Source: Octopus vulgaris (lineage: Eukaryota). From it: a stretch of DNA of 64,000 nt. The notes beneath the pieces are model-generated. The model was not told where the DNA came from. It ran no database searches and saw nothing but the letters and a program-made list of their open reading frames with translations. Shown here piece by piece: positions 13,837-26,949 of this stretch (positions within the stretch are counted from its first letter, which is position 1; each line of letters opens with the position of its first letter). The position numbers and the translations under genes were made by a program. The stretch covers positions 28,644,001 through 28,708,000 of the forward strand of contig OX597816.1 in the NCBI GenBank assembly GCA_951406725.2. The letters run 5' to 3'.

Positions 13837-16400
13837 CAAACATGTCAAACTCCCGGCCCGCGGGCCGCTTCTGGCCTATGCGGCAATTTCATCCGACCTG
13901 CGGGACCATTTTGATATCAGCATGAAATTGGTCCAAATGGCGGCATCAGCAAATAGGGTGCTTTGCTTCCCTCAGCAACACCCATGCTGTCTTGTTACAA
14001 CTACACATACATAGTGTGAAGCTAAAACAGGCCATTACATTATATATAGTACTAACTGCACTACCTCTCTTACTAAGGATATCACCACAAGTAGCAATAA
14101 TTTAATTCACGACTACAAAGAACACCACTGTACCTATTACACTCTGTCTGTACAAAAATAACCTTTAAAAAGGTAGGATAACAAAGTCACAATTCTTAAT
14201 TGTAACTGCAGCAAAGCATGCTGGGAAACGCCTCATTCGATTCTCTAATCGCATGTTGTGAAGCGCTGATGACGCAAAATCTACTAATTCCATAATGCAC
14301 CGCAACAACCGCCTTACTGCTTTTTCAGGTGATCATTTTCACGTGATGTCATTCAGTAATAGTAACTGTCTATATCAATGACCAAGAGAAAAGTGGGTGC
14401 TGAAAGAGAGCCTTTCAAATCGGGTGGGAAATCGAGTTCATGTTTACTGGTATTGATGTCAAACCCGTTGTCTTAATTGCGGTGCTAATTTTGCTGTACC
14501 TAAAGAGTATAATTTCAAACGCCACTACAAGACAAAACATCAGGACAAATATAAACGCCTCACTGCTGAGCAGAAGCAACGAAAGGTCGACGAGTTGAAG
14601 ATGAATGTTACATTACAACAGACTTCTTTAACCAAAGCAAAATCACAAAGTGAAGCTGCTGTTAAAGCAAGATTTATTGTGGCAGAGGAGATCGCAAAAT
14701 CAGCCCGGCCATTTATCGAAGGAGAGTTTGTGAGAACCGCGTGATGAAAATGTGTCACGTTTTGTATCCATACAAAAAGCAACTGTTTGCTAATATGAGT
14801 ATTAACAGAAATACGGTTGCTGGTCGGGTGTGTGAGATGGCCACTGATTTGAAAACACAGTTGATTGAAACAGGAAAAGATTTTGTTGCATACACTCTTG
14901 CTATGGATGAGACTACTAAGACAACTGATACGGCACAGCTGCACGAGGCCTCAACAGGAAAGGACCTTTCTGTAAAAATATGTCAGAGTGTAACCGACAT
15001 GAAGCAGTCTTGGGACAAACTTGTTGGACTTACAACAGTTGGGGCGCAGGCGGTGCGCGGTGCGGTGAAAAAAGTGGACTGGTGGGTAGGATACGTTTAA
15101 AGATGCAAGAAGAGAACTGCCGTGGTGAGTTGACAACATATCATGGCATCATAAACTAGGAAATGCTGTGCGCTAAAGCCTTAAATATGGAACATGTAAT
15201 GAGCACTATGGCATAAACCGCAAGTTTTATCCGAGCCAAAGGATTAAACCACCGCAAATTTCACTCTTTCCAGCGCAAAATGCATTCAGAGTTCGGTGAC
15301 GTGCCCTATCATACAGAAGTGCAGTGGCTCGGTCGTGGAAAGGTCCTCACATAGTTTGGAGCTGGTTAAGGAGATATGTCAGTACATGGACAGCAAAGGA
15401 AAAGAATTCTGCGGGATGAAAAGTGGAAATGCGATTTGGCGTTTCTGGATTGACATAACTGCGCATCTCAATGTTTTAAACATCCAGCTCCATCCTGATA
15501 TGTATGACGTAGTGAAGGTATTTCAAGTGAAATTGCGCTTACGGGAGACAAAAATTCACCAATAGAACTTGTCTCACTTTACCTGTTGCCAAGTAATGTT
15601 GAACGAAGTCAGTGCCACGGCGTTCCCAAAGCAACACTGATAAACTGGTTTTCACTCCTCACTGAATTCACTCGGCGCTATATTGACCTTGAATCACAGA
15701 AAAATAATTTCGAGCTGCTTCGTAACCCATTTGCCGTCAATGTGGAAACCACTCGTACAGATTCAAACGGAGCTGATAGAACTGCAGTGTAATGGGACAT
15801 TAAATGCAAAGTAAGAATTTGTGGGGCCCGCACAGTTCACTCGCTTCATACCTGAAGCAATGCCCCAGCTTCGTTTACATGCAACTCGAACGCCGTATTT
15901 ATTTTGAACCACATATCTGTGCGAGCAGCTGTTCTATGTGATAAAGGTGAAATAAACGTCACATATAGGTCGTCTCAAAGATGAACACCTGCAATCGATC
16001 CTGAAAGTCTCAACCTCACAGAACCTTGTCCCAAACATCAATGAACACTTTGTCAAGAAAAGATACTAAGAGTGTAGCTTGGACAAAATTGTATAAAGAA
16101 AAATGAAAATTTTGATCTATTATATTAATTTTCACAAAAAATAACATTTTAAAAACTTTCTTTTCTTTTTTTTATGCCAGATATTCTTACTTTAAAATTT
16201 TATAATTTTAACAAGAGATATTTTTATTCAGAACAAAATGTTTTAAGTAACTGAAGTTGATTTTAATTTACCATCTGTTTCAATACATATTCACATTCAA
16301 AAATGCTTAGTCTGATCAATAGATGTTTGTCCTGTTCGTCCCACAATCTAACGTGTTCTTTGAGTTTTGGATCTCTGTTCGATTGAGTTGGACACCCATG
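13837..16400 (+). mobile_element. hAT superfamily DNA transposon, Charlie/Buster group, full length but decayed
   Basis: Imperfect 16-bp TIRs CAAACATGTCAAACTC (13837) and GAGTTGGACACCCATG (ends 16400); subterminal GGCCCGCGGGCC palindrome; 8-bp TSD TGCTACAG / CGCTACAC with central TA. Confidence 0.9.
14378..16068 (+). pseudogene. GTF2IRD2/EPM2AIP1-like hAT transposase pseudogene
   Basis: Stitched frames read KEYNFKRHYKTKH (BED-like Zn finger), [88 protein letters not shown]. Many frameshifts and stops, and an internal deletion after DTAQL. Confidence 0.92.
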
Positions 16401-18188
16401 CGCTACACTGTTTAAACTCTACCGTTTTTATATACGTCAGGAAGTGTAATAAAGCTACATTTTCTTTCTATTTGATGTTGATATTATTGTACAAGAATTG
16501 CTAAGAAATTAATGAATGGAAGCTGATATTGTAAGGATTCTATGGTAATGTTCTATCAATTATGCTACTGAAATAGCGACTTTAGATATATAAGTACCCC
16601 TGCGGCCATCTATTACTAATCAATTCGCAACGTCTTAAATTTTGTCAACTCCACCACCACAAATAGTAAAAGAAATGTTCTAAGTAGTTGAAATTTAAGC
16701 ATTATTATTGCTAGCAGCTGTAAATAAATTTTGATTTCACTTCACGTGATAAAATGTTTAACATTGTAGGAATACAGATATATACTTGTCAACTTCTGTG
16801 TTGTGGAAATCATTCAAGTCGGCAACTATTTAATTCAGATTGCAAGAAAACATTTCACCCCCATCTCTCTCTTAGTTCGCTTCATCAGAATATTACTTAT
16901 AAAGTAGATATTTAATATAAACTGTTCAGCAAGAATTGATTTCTTACATTGACATATTACTAAGTAGTGTTAGTGGACAGAAATACCCAACAAAAAGAAC
17001 GCTATTATATGACTGCTATATCCATTATATAAAAGAAAGAAGAGGAATTACCCTCCAAGCTGCGATGAAAATACAGACAATTGAAAATTTAAATCTGTGA
17101 TCTTTCATTACATCACTTTATGGTCTTATAATTTAAAATGATGATAAGTGAATAATGATATTCATGACGCTGTTTATGATGATAATAATATTAAAAATGA
17201 TTAAAAAAATGATGAGGATAATCATGATGATGATGAAATGGAGTAGGGTAATGAAGATACTAATAAAAACGGATCACAGAGCAGGAATATTTAATCGATA
17301 GAAAGCTGAAAAGGGGTTATTACACACACAATAAATAAAAAAGATCGAAATAATAAACGCTTTATACACAAAGTGCTTCGTCCAAAGGCAACAGTTAGTC
17401 GTTCATATTTAATGCGGAAGACTGGTGATATTGTAGGGGAAGACTTTTAATATTTCACTTTGCATGAATGGAGACAAAAGATCATAAATCTCTGATGCTA
17501 TTAAAATAGGCCAGAACATAATTATGACAAGTGTGTGTAGAAATTGAAATGAGGAATGTAAGAATGCAGCAGAATTAGTGAACGAAAGGAATCGCTAGAT
17601 TGAGTGTAGTTTTATTAAAACATCGAGAATGCAAAGCATAGTCACTCTGTTTATTCCACAGAAAAATCATTATTGGAGTGGCTACGGATTGTAGATTGAA
17701 AATGAGGAACTGAAAGTGTTTCCATATAGCTGCCTGGGATCAAGCACTAAGCATTACTTCAGCTACTAAGTGTATTTATTCCGCTTCAAAGTACCATTTA
17801 TGTAATCTGAGAAGGGAATATTTAGCGTATTTTAGCAGGTTGCAAAATGTCTGCTCAAAAAGTGTAAAAAATGCATCACGATATGTTGTCTCAATGTTAT
17901 GTAAAACACTTTGTAAATAATATGGATTTAAAAAGTTCAGAAAAGTGGTACAGCCTTGTAATAGTCAGAGTTTAATCAAACATCTATGTGATTTTGACAC
18001 CACCCAGACAAACCGAGCAACCGAACACCGTATATGACATAAAATAAACTTTTCTTCTCATCATAAAAATGTGATACTATTTTGCGTTATCCTGTTGCTT
18101 CTTTGCTTATTTCCTTCTGGTTCTTTTTTTCTTTTCGAAAATATCAGACAATCTCTTTGGATTTCATTTCGCCTCTCCTCTCTCATAG

Positions 18189-18360
18189 GTAGCTGGATTT
18201 CTAATGCTGTGAAGTGTGTTTCTTGTTCACGTACTTTCAGCTGTTGTCCGTGTGGCACTCATAATCTCTACCGGTTGTGACTTGGAAACGGGGTGTTTGA
18301 GATTTTGCAGTGTACACCTGGCAATGATACAGGTTTTATTCTATAACCACCTTAAATAAA
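18189..18360 (+). other. Candidate spliced exon (possibly terminal) of an unidentified host gene
   Basis: Strong polypyrimidine acceptor tttcgcctctcctctctcatag| at 18188; phase 0 reads VAGFLML*, phase 1 reads xSWISNAVKCVSCSRTFSCCPCGTHNLYRL*; AATAAA at 18355-18360; lies in a microsatellite-poor zone. Confidence 0.3.
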
Positions 18361-19296
18361 AGTAAGATTGTTCAAGCAAAACCACAATGGATCCTCTCTG
18401 CCGTCGAACTTTTCGAAATACTGAACAAAACACAGCTCTTTTTGTCGGTGTAGAAGAATATAAAAACTGCTATTACATGCTTTGCTATAAACCACCTAAG
18501 TACCTTAAGCCTCTTGCAAAAAGCGAACGTGCGAACGTCCTCACAGTTTCCGAGGCATCAAACGCAATGGTAACAGTAACAGCATTATTAACAAAAACAA
18601 CAGTGACAGGAGAAGCACCTATAATAAAAACAGTATTTACAGATGTAGGACTGCAAGCAAGAGCTGTCAAGACACCATCAAAGTCAAAAACCATTATTGC
18701 TGCAAGAGTTTTGCCTATATTCTCAAGTTCACTAACTAAAACGTTGAAACGGAAGCTCACGCATATGTTACTTGTTCCCTATGTATTAAACTACACAGAC
18801 TCTCAAACCACTGATGTAAACTTTTGTTATGTGAAGAGAACAACAGACAAATAGGTCGTTATTCACAACATAAACAAATATTAAAATTACAGGCACGAAT
18901 GAAAGAACGGATAAAAATCCTGCATTGGACAAAAAAAATGCAGCAACAACCAAACCAACATTCAATATAAATCGTGCTTACACTCATCACCAAGGCTATA
19001 ATTCAGAAGAAATTCGATGATTAGATGGAGTACGTAGTCAATAACGAAAATACATTCTGAACACAGTGAAGGGTATGTATTGATTTATCAAAACTCTAAA
19101 CATACATTTCTTGTACATGTGCATACAAATAAAATACATTTCATAATATGTAAACTTTACATAAAAAGTAATAAAAAATGTAACATTTCGAGATAAAAAT
19201 CCAGCAGATAAACAGCCAACCTGTGTTAGCAGGACTATGCAGGGTTTATGCTGTGAGAGAAGACCGACATTTACAGAGCCAGAACATGGCACGCTC

Positions 19297-19370
19297 ATGA
19301 GTATATAGAACCACATATATACAATGAGTATATACAACCACATATATACAATGAGTATATACAACCACAT
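19297..19370. repeat. 27-bp minisatellite, about 2.7 copies
   Basis: Unit atgagtatatacaaccacatatataca. Confidence 0.9.
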
Positions 19371-19744
19371 CTTCGAAAGCGAGGGACATAGAGAGTAGTG
19401 TTAGGGTAAATATTCACAAACAGCTCCCTCCAAAAAATTGGGATATTTTTGAAAAGGGAGTACGTGAAGGACCTATAAACTAAATTGAGAGAAATCCAAA
19501 GATGAAGACGACTTATTATTCTCTGTTCAATCGTTATAACAGTGGAGAAATAAATATATCCTTTACTTCTGTCGTCTAATTCTTGCTACTTAATTTTTTG
19601 CCCAGAAACCGCGTGGAATATAATTTATCTGCATTTCTGTTTACAATTGCATGGAATCTCGCACGAATGAGGTACTGGAATCCCATTATTTATGCATAAG
19701 GAAGTTTTAGCTAAGATATTTCACAGAGATGCCACGATAACGTT

Positions 19745-19960
19745 GGTTTCAAATTTTGGCACAAGGGCAGTAATTTGAGGAAAGATGGTAACCTGGTTAC
19801 ACCGACCCCTGTGAAACATTGGAATTTGTTTTATGGATTGATAAAGGATGGAAGGCAAAGTCCTCATTGGCGGTATTTCAACGCAGAACGTATGGTTAGA
19901 AGAAATCCCCGCTGAGCATATTTTCTGTAGCGGTAACGATTCAGGCAACTCGCCGCCTTG
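19745..19960 (-). mobile_element. tRNA-derived SINE, family A, degraded
   Basis: ggtttcaaattttggcacaagg...aaaggatggaaggcaaagtc...cagaacgta...actcgccgcctt aligns by eye with other family A copies. Confidence 0.8.
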
Positions 19961-21474
19961 AAATGTCACGGTAGCGAACAAAATTGTTATTAAAATAATT
20001 ACTTTTGCCATTCATTATTTGCCACAAACAATACTAAAACGTGCACACGTATTCGCAAATAAATAACTTTATGTGGTTACTCGACCTGCAAGATTTGAAA
20101 GACCGGTCTCAGTCAGATAGAAAGACATATTATTATAATGAAAGCAGAACTCTGATTATATAAAGTATTATGCACATTAAATATGTATGTAATTACTATA
20201 GTAATGCAATAAAATAAAATTAAATATTTTACATTAAATATGTATATATTCATAGAAATGATATAATAAAATACCAGTAAAATTGCTTTTGACATATGTA
20301 TCGTGCAAAAAAAATGGTTGCAATGTATATATTTATTAATTATAATTAAAATATTTCAAAGTTTACGACAATGTAATAAGAAAATAATCAATATTTAGTT
20401 TGTTAAATATTTGCCGATGATTTTTTGATATCTTTTAAACAGCAATTTGCTATTTCTGAAATAAACAAGTAAATAAAGTCTTGACATCGTCACGTGCATA
20501 CAGATCATGCAAGTCAAGAGATCAACGTAGATTTAGTAATTATTGAATTCCTATCTATTGAAATTGCAGTTTATTGAAGCATATTATAGTCAGGAAGACT
20601 AATTTTTATCATATCTAAGAAAACGAAAATTTTCTTTATTAAGCATAGGATATTTATGAAATGTAATTCAAAATGTTTAAAATGTTATAATAATGTTATA
20701 AGAATTTAATCAATATTCGGTTTGTTAAATTAAATATTTGGAGAAAAGTTTACATTTTTAAACACAGTTTTACTATTAATGAAATAAAAACTTTAGAAAG
20801 ACATGGAAATGTTATGTTCGACTGGAATGTAAGGCATGATGTTTACGTAGATTTCACAATTTTTTTCTCTTCTGTTGCAATTTTAATTTTATAAAGCAAA
20901 TAATATATAATAACGGCAGTATGATTCTTCCTTTCCTAACTGCGAATCCCAATGCCCAATTTGAAACACAGTAAGAAAATACAAAATTGATGTCTTCAAA
21001 AGCCACGCTAAAAAAACAAAAACAAAACGTATAAGTTTTAAGTAAACGAGTAGGTTGATATAATGAAAGCTCAATTATGATTAATTTTCTTGGACGTATG
21101 ATTTGCACCGACGAGTATAGGTTCGGTAGCAGAAAAAAAAATAATGTTATTGTTTAACATAGAATCCACTCAATATGAGTGGTATACTGTCTTACATAAT
21201 CAAAATCAGGATAAAAACTTTAGTAATGCTTCTAAGAAACTCAAATCATAAAAGTAAAACCACTAAAATGACTGGATAGCAGGTCCTTGACCTAATAAAC
21301 AATTTACTGACTCTCAACAAAATTAGTGTCATTGATTCTAGAATGGTGCTAATGATTTACCGAATCAACCGTGTAATTTTGACTTCTCATTCAATAAAAA
21401 TGCATAGCTATTTCCCCTAAAACTTACTTTCATTATGTAGATAAGTGTAAGAGGTAATGTTTAAAGGGGTATAT

Positions 21475-21990
21475 ATTGTACCTTCAGACGCTACAATTTG
21501 TTCATTTATGGAATAATGTTGTCATATTCGAGTGGGCGCACCATCTTGGCATTTCGATCTCCTCGACCGAGTTCAGAAGCGAGTCTCGAATTTTATTGTT
21601 ACCTCTCCTAATTGAAATCTGCAACACTTGTCATATCGATATGACATCGCCAGTGTTACGCTTTTCTATCGTCATTACCATTCGAAGTTCTCTGAGGAAA
21701 TTTCTCTCTTCGTCCCAGATCATTTTGTGCTATCTCGTCTCACTCAAAATTCGCAACGTCTTTATTCAAATCCTGTTGGGCTTCAACAAATAAGGAAGTC
21801 TTTCTACGGCACTAGCTTTCTTCCTCAAACTCTCAGAATTTAGAACTGTCTTCTGTCCTTTTGTTTTTCTCTTTCTTATGAACTGAACTCGTTTAAATCT
21901 AATCTAAATTCAACTCATTCTCCTAATTTCTCCCTCTTCATAGTCCTTTACACTCTGTAGCTTCAAGCGTCCTGCCTGTTTTTCGAACTT
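21475..21990 (+). mobile_element. CR1/L2-type LINE ORF2 C-terminal fragment
   Basis: LDRVQKR...LQHLSYRYDIASVTLFYRHYHSKFSEEISLFVP...SFLPQTLRI*NCL...YELNSFKSNLN resembles the conserved post-RT tail of this group. Confidence 0.7.
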
Positions 21991-22129
21991 TAAAAAATAA
22001 AAATGAAAGCATTTAAACAATATCAAAAGATTATTTCACTCAGTGTTTACTGACGAAGACAACCTAAATTTCGATAATTTAAGCAAACAGAGGGTAAAAA
22101 ATACCTTCGGTCATGAATGACGAAGCGAT

Positions 22130-22431
22130 TGAATCTAGAAAGTTCTCCTCCCAGGCACAAGTCCAGACAAGGTTGTTTATAGAAGTTTAGCAGTCGCCTG
22201 AACATACCAGACTCACTTGTCCTCAACACCGATGTTATTCAAGGGAAGGGCAAAGTCTGTGATATAGCGTGGCACCAGCGACATCGCAGCCCATTTCTGC
22301 AGCTGAATGAACTGGAGCAACGTGAAATAAAGTGTCTCGCTCAAGATCTCAACCCACAGATCGCTCCCGGAATCGAACTTGCAAAAATAACAATTGTGAT
22401 CCTGACGCTGCAGTCACTGAGCCATGCGCCC
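22130..22431 (-). mobile_element. tRNA-derived SINE, family C
   Basis: Reverse complement of the copy at 58528-58867 (ggcgcatggctcagtg head, gagacactttatttcacgttgctccagttc core). Confidence 0.85.
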
Positions 22432-23171
22432 ATAAGCAAATAAAGGAAGCTTATAAAGGGACTATTTCCCTTTGCAAATGAAAACAGTGGTAAAGTTTTC
22501 AAATATTTCCCCAAAATGAATTTTATTTACACATTCACAAACTCCTTCCTTTCTCTCTCTCTCTCTCTCTGTCATATTATCTTATATAACATATAAGCTA
22601 AAAAGTTTTTGAAAATCACAAATTTTCCTTTTTTACCGTCTAGATATGTATATCGAGCGAATTGCAATAACGCCTGCCAGTCAATAACGTACCGAGTTTG
22701 TATCTGGCGTGATTAGAGATACTTCACGTGTCACATGTATTATTTAGCCATGGCTAACAATCCTATAGGGTTTCTGCACATTCAAACATATAAAAAGCAG
22801 GAACTACAACATCGCGCTCAACAGTGTTTCACATCTGGAGGTTGGTTCCTTATGTTGTGGTTGGCAACCTTTCTAAAGATTCTGACGTTTTAAATAATAG
22901 GGATGTGTTATCAATCAACAAGACTTCACATGAATAATTGGAGTTTAAAAATAAATTATCTAAGAACGAAAAATACAAGCAAACCTGAAACTTTGGATGA
23001 ATCTGACATATTCTGCAGGTGTACTTTGCCAGAGTCATTATTCAAGAATTGTTCGCAGAAAAGTTTACTCACTGGAGGACGTTTTGGAGCAGGGAGAAAT
23101 TACACAATTTCGATATAATAATTGATATACTATGCAGAAAAAAGAGAATTAATCCAGTAAACTGTTTACAC

Positions 23172-23912
23172 TCTGTCTACCCTATGTGAAAGTCCTCTCC
23201 GAAAAGATACAAACAATATGCGGTGCATATGACATCAGGACAGTATTCAAGCGTAATGTAACTCTTCGCAAATATCTCTTTCAGGTAAAACCACCAATAG
23301 AAGAGAATACGACCAAAACTGCGTTTACTCCATCCCATGCAGCTGTGGTATTTTATACAAAGGTGAAACACGCCGCCACCTCAAAAAAGGTTAGAGGGAC
23401 ATCGGAAAGCTGTGACATGGGGACATATTGATAAAATGGGTATAACTGATCATGTACCGAAAAATGCAGTCAATTAAAATAACAGACAGAGAAGACCACT
23501 GGAAAATACGAAAATTAAAAGAAGCAGCTCATATGCTAGGACACAACAACCTCTTTAGGAGACCGAGTGCAGATATGAATAGCTTATAGGAACCGGTATT
23601 AAGGAAAGTTAGAAAACTATTAAATTTATATGCCCTAAAATTCACTCCATAATTCCTCACGGGTATCTGATGCTGCGATTAAGAGCGCGGGATACTAGCC
23701 CCAAGATTTCTAGTTCGATTCTACGCCGTGAGCTGAATAATAATAATAATACACATAATAAGATCGAAAAATACCTTACAAATGAGAACACAGGTTCGAA
23801 ATTTCCCCAAGACACCCGAAGCGTTGTGTTAAAAACAAAATAAGATGAGGACAAATAGCGGACAAATGTAATTAATGTGCATAATTCCTTATCTCTTAAA
23901 TATAGAACTGTA
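23172..23912 (+). mobile_element. Penelope-like element 3' part: GIY-YIG endonuclease, then tRNA-like segment, (AAT)n and a deleted HHR
   Basis: LPYVKVLSEKIQTIC...CVYSIPCSCGILYKGETRRHL...H...KIRKLKEAAHM (GIY-YIG); tRNA-like stretch at about 23660-23736; AAT tract; ccccaagacacccgaagcgttgtgtt (HHR with core and helix II deleted); terminus tatagaactgta shared with 56627. Confidence 0.88.
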
Positions 23913-24249
23913 GTATGACGATATAATAATTATATTTTGATGAAAGTTACCTTTCTGATGGACGGATACGTCAAAAAGAAGCCATGCTATTGTTTAGCAT
24001 TAGATGCTAGAAAAATAAAACAATTAATTTAAACAATTTTTAAATTCCAGTTTTGCTATCTAACAGGAGTAATGTACAGAATTGACAACACATTGAATAA
24101 ACACCTCTGCTGGAATAAAATCAAAAGGAAATACTTTTCCAGTTGTAAAACGTCGAGTAACTTCAGAATATGATTTTTCTGACTTCACAAGTAGCAGTAA
24201 ATAATAATTCTAAAAAGCATGAAATTTTTTGGGGAAAGGATGATCGTAG

Positions 24250-24534
24250 TGTTCAACTGGTACTTATTTTATCGATCCTGAAAGGATGAAAGGCAAATTA
24301 GACTTTGGCGAAACTTAAACTCGGAACGTAAAGACGGCGGAAATATATGTTAGCTTTTTCTTTACTACCCACGATGGGCTAAACACAGAGGGGACAAACG
24401 AGGACAGACAAACGGATTAAGTCGATTATATCGACCCCAGTGTGTAACTGGTTCTTAATTGATCGACCCCGAAAGGATGAAAGGTAAAGTCTACGCATTT
24501 CGTCCGAGGTGCTAACGGTTCTGCCAGCTCGCCG

Positions 24535-24538
<4 letters not shown>
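24250..24538 (-). mobile_element. tRNA-derived SINE, family A, two nested or fragmented copies
   Basis: Two occurrences of gaaaggatgaaagg, plus ttaagtcgattatatcgaccccag and ctgccagctcgccgc. Confidence 0.8.
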
Positions 24539-24584
<46 letters not shown>

Positions 24585-24587
<3 letters not shown>

Positions 24588-24668
24588 CCCAGACGCATTA
24601 CCGGGGTATACTGGCGTCGTATATTTTACCCCAGTCTCACTTTGATGGCATGCACTACTCTCTCACTC

Positions 24669-24702
<34 letters not shown>

Positions 24703-25085
24703 GTAATAATAATTATAATAATAATAACAATGATATCAGTAGTGGCACCCATAGTTTTTATCTTAGCTAATTACAAGTGTAAACGTGTTACCTGTATGTT
24801 TTGTGTCGGTGTAAAAATAGTGTACATCAAACATTCTGCTCAAAACTGCTGAGTTGCTTGCCACTTGCTTGACCTTAACCAGTTGGGCATGTCCTTTAGG
24901 GACTGAAGATACATGAACGTCTGATCACGTGCAGGAGTAGTGGGGGTGCAATATAACCATGTGCTCAAAGGGATTATTCGCAGTTCGAATACTGCACCTC
25001 AGGAAACATGAGTGTCTCGTTCATCAGCTTTAAACAATCCTTCTTCAGGGACCTTGAGCTGAACGGGATACTCGATATTGACAGC
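24585..25085 (+). mobile_element. Fragments of the (AAT)n-inserting non-coding element
   Basis: tattttaccccagtctcactttgatggcatgcactactctctcactc(AAT)n and ttgaccttaaccagttgggcatgtcc match 57900-58455. Confidence 0.75.
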
Positions 25086-25920
25086 TCGCCTCCTTATTGA
25101 TAGAAATAATAATCTCCTCTACTCTAGGAAGAAAGCCTGAGATTTGCTTCGGGGAGGGGACTAGCCAATTACATTGACTTTAGTGCTCGACTGGTATTTA
25201 TTATATCGACTTCGGAAGGATAATATAATAAATCTTATATTTTCGATTTTTATCATATCATTAATATCTGTATTTCAACATAAAGTACTACTACCAAAAT
25301 GATTAATATAAGCTGGATATTAAAAAAATGAACAAAAAACACAGTACATGATGGCTTTGTTATTGAGGTTATAACTACATTTACCACTACTGAAACATTC
25401 ATATCAGAGAAATCAAAATATCTCAACATAATCTTATATGTGTCTATCAATATTTGCATCACACACTTTTCACCAGTTTCCACCATTTAAATACCAACGC
25501 ATTAGGGGTGGGGGGGGCGGTAGAACTGGAAAGAAGGAAAGAAAATCACGCTATTTACATATTCCTTGCATCTACTCGTCCTTCTTAAAATCACCATAAT
25601 CTTCCTAATCTTCACCCATCCTCACTCCTCACCATCACCACCACAACCACACCACCACCAACAACAACAACACTACCACCGTCGTCGTCGACATCGTCAT
25701 CCGCATCTTCATCGCAATTTTTCTCATCCTCCGATATTTTACATGCTTACTTCTGTAATTATGTCTTCAACAGTTCCATGATAACTTCTCCTGCACTAGC
25801 TGGTGCATTTCCTTACTTTCAAAGAGTGAGCAGCAAGGTCCTACGTTGACAATATATAGTTCTTTTAGAAGTGTTTACCTCTTTGCTTTGTTAAGGCATT
25901 TATTTTTGCTGCCCCTGTTC

Positions 25921-26360
25921 TCTCTTTACTCTTTTACTCTTTTACTTGTTTCAGTCATTTGACTGCGGCCATGCTGGAGCACCACATTTAGTCGAGCAAC
26001 TCGACCCCGGGACTTATTCTTTGTAAGCCCAGTACTTATTCTATCAGTCTCTTTTTGCTGAACCGCTAAGTGACGGGGACATAAACACACCAGCATCGCT
26101 TGTCAAGCAATGCTAGGGAGACAAACACAGACACACAAACATACACGCACACACACACACACACATATATATATACATATATATATATATATACACATAT
26201 ATACGACAGGCTTCTTTCAGTTTCCGTCTACCAAATCCACTCACAAGGCTTTGGTCGGCTCGAGGCTATAGTAGAAGACACTTGCCCAAGGTGCCACGCA
26301 GTGGGACTGAACCCAGAACCATGTAGTTGATAAAGAAGCTACTTACCACACAGCCACTCC
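25921..26360 (-). mobile_element. tRNA-derived SINE, family B, full length
   Basis: Minus-strand head ggagtggctgtgtggtaagtagctt...gggttcagtcccactgcg, internal TA/TG tract and gagtaaaa tail; near-identical to 28875-29290. Confidence 0.9.
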
Positions 26361-26607
26361 TGTTCGTGGTTAATCTTTTTAAAATCTGTTTTTCGTTATG
26401 TTTAAAATATATGCAATACGCGTTTACCATTTTGTGATTGTATTTCGTACATGCCGTGCGATTCGAGTTGAATATTTTAGTGTTGGATGTTGATTGTGTA
26501 TAGTATAGGAATTATGTTATATTACTGCCAGTTATTTGTATTGTATATTTTTCGTATGGGATGAGATAGAGCATCATTTGTGTATTATGTAATATTAAGT
26601 GTTGTTA

Positions 26608-26808
26608 AAGCTGGAAGCTGTCAAAATGGTTAGCGCGCCGGGCAAACAGCTCAACGACGTTTTATTCGTCTTTTCGGTCTGAGTTCAAATTCCACTGAGA
26701 TCGTCGACCTTGCCTTTCAGCATTTCTGAGTACTACTTGAATCCTGGGTTCGATGTAATCGATTTCCTCCCCAGCAAAATTGCTGGCCTTTTCCCCAAAT
26801 TTGAAACT
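26608..26808 (+). mobile_element. tRNA-derived SINE, family A, degraded
   Basis: aagctgtcaaaatggttagcgcgccgggc...ctgagttcaaattcc...ccaaatttgaaac. Confidence 0.75.
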
Positions 26809-26949
26809 CATGTTAAATGTTGTTGACATTATAAGTATTTATAAATATGCTGTTATCTATAGCTTCTTCTGCTTCGGGTTTCACTGCTGCAAAATAGAAT
26901 AAAGTGTTATTTAATTAGGTAGGTCGTAATAAAAGACAATGTGTGTGTT

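Noticed and set aside
14378-16068. Host gene GTF2IRD2 or EPM2AIP1
   Set aside because: Frameshifted, intronless and bounded by TIRs and a TSD; it is a transposon, so no gene symbol was given.
19721-20011. 96-aa minus-strand ORF with a signal-peptide-like start (MAKVIILITILFATVTF)
   Set aside because: Most of it (19745-19960) is a degraded family A SINE.
22044-22086. HHR-like tgttta CTGACGA...GATA att taagca
   Set aside because: GAAA is broken, helix II is marginal and the spacing is wrong; may be chance.
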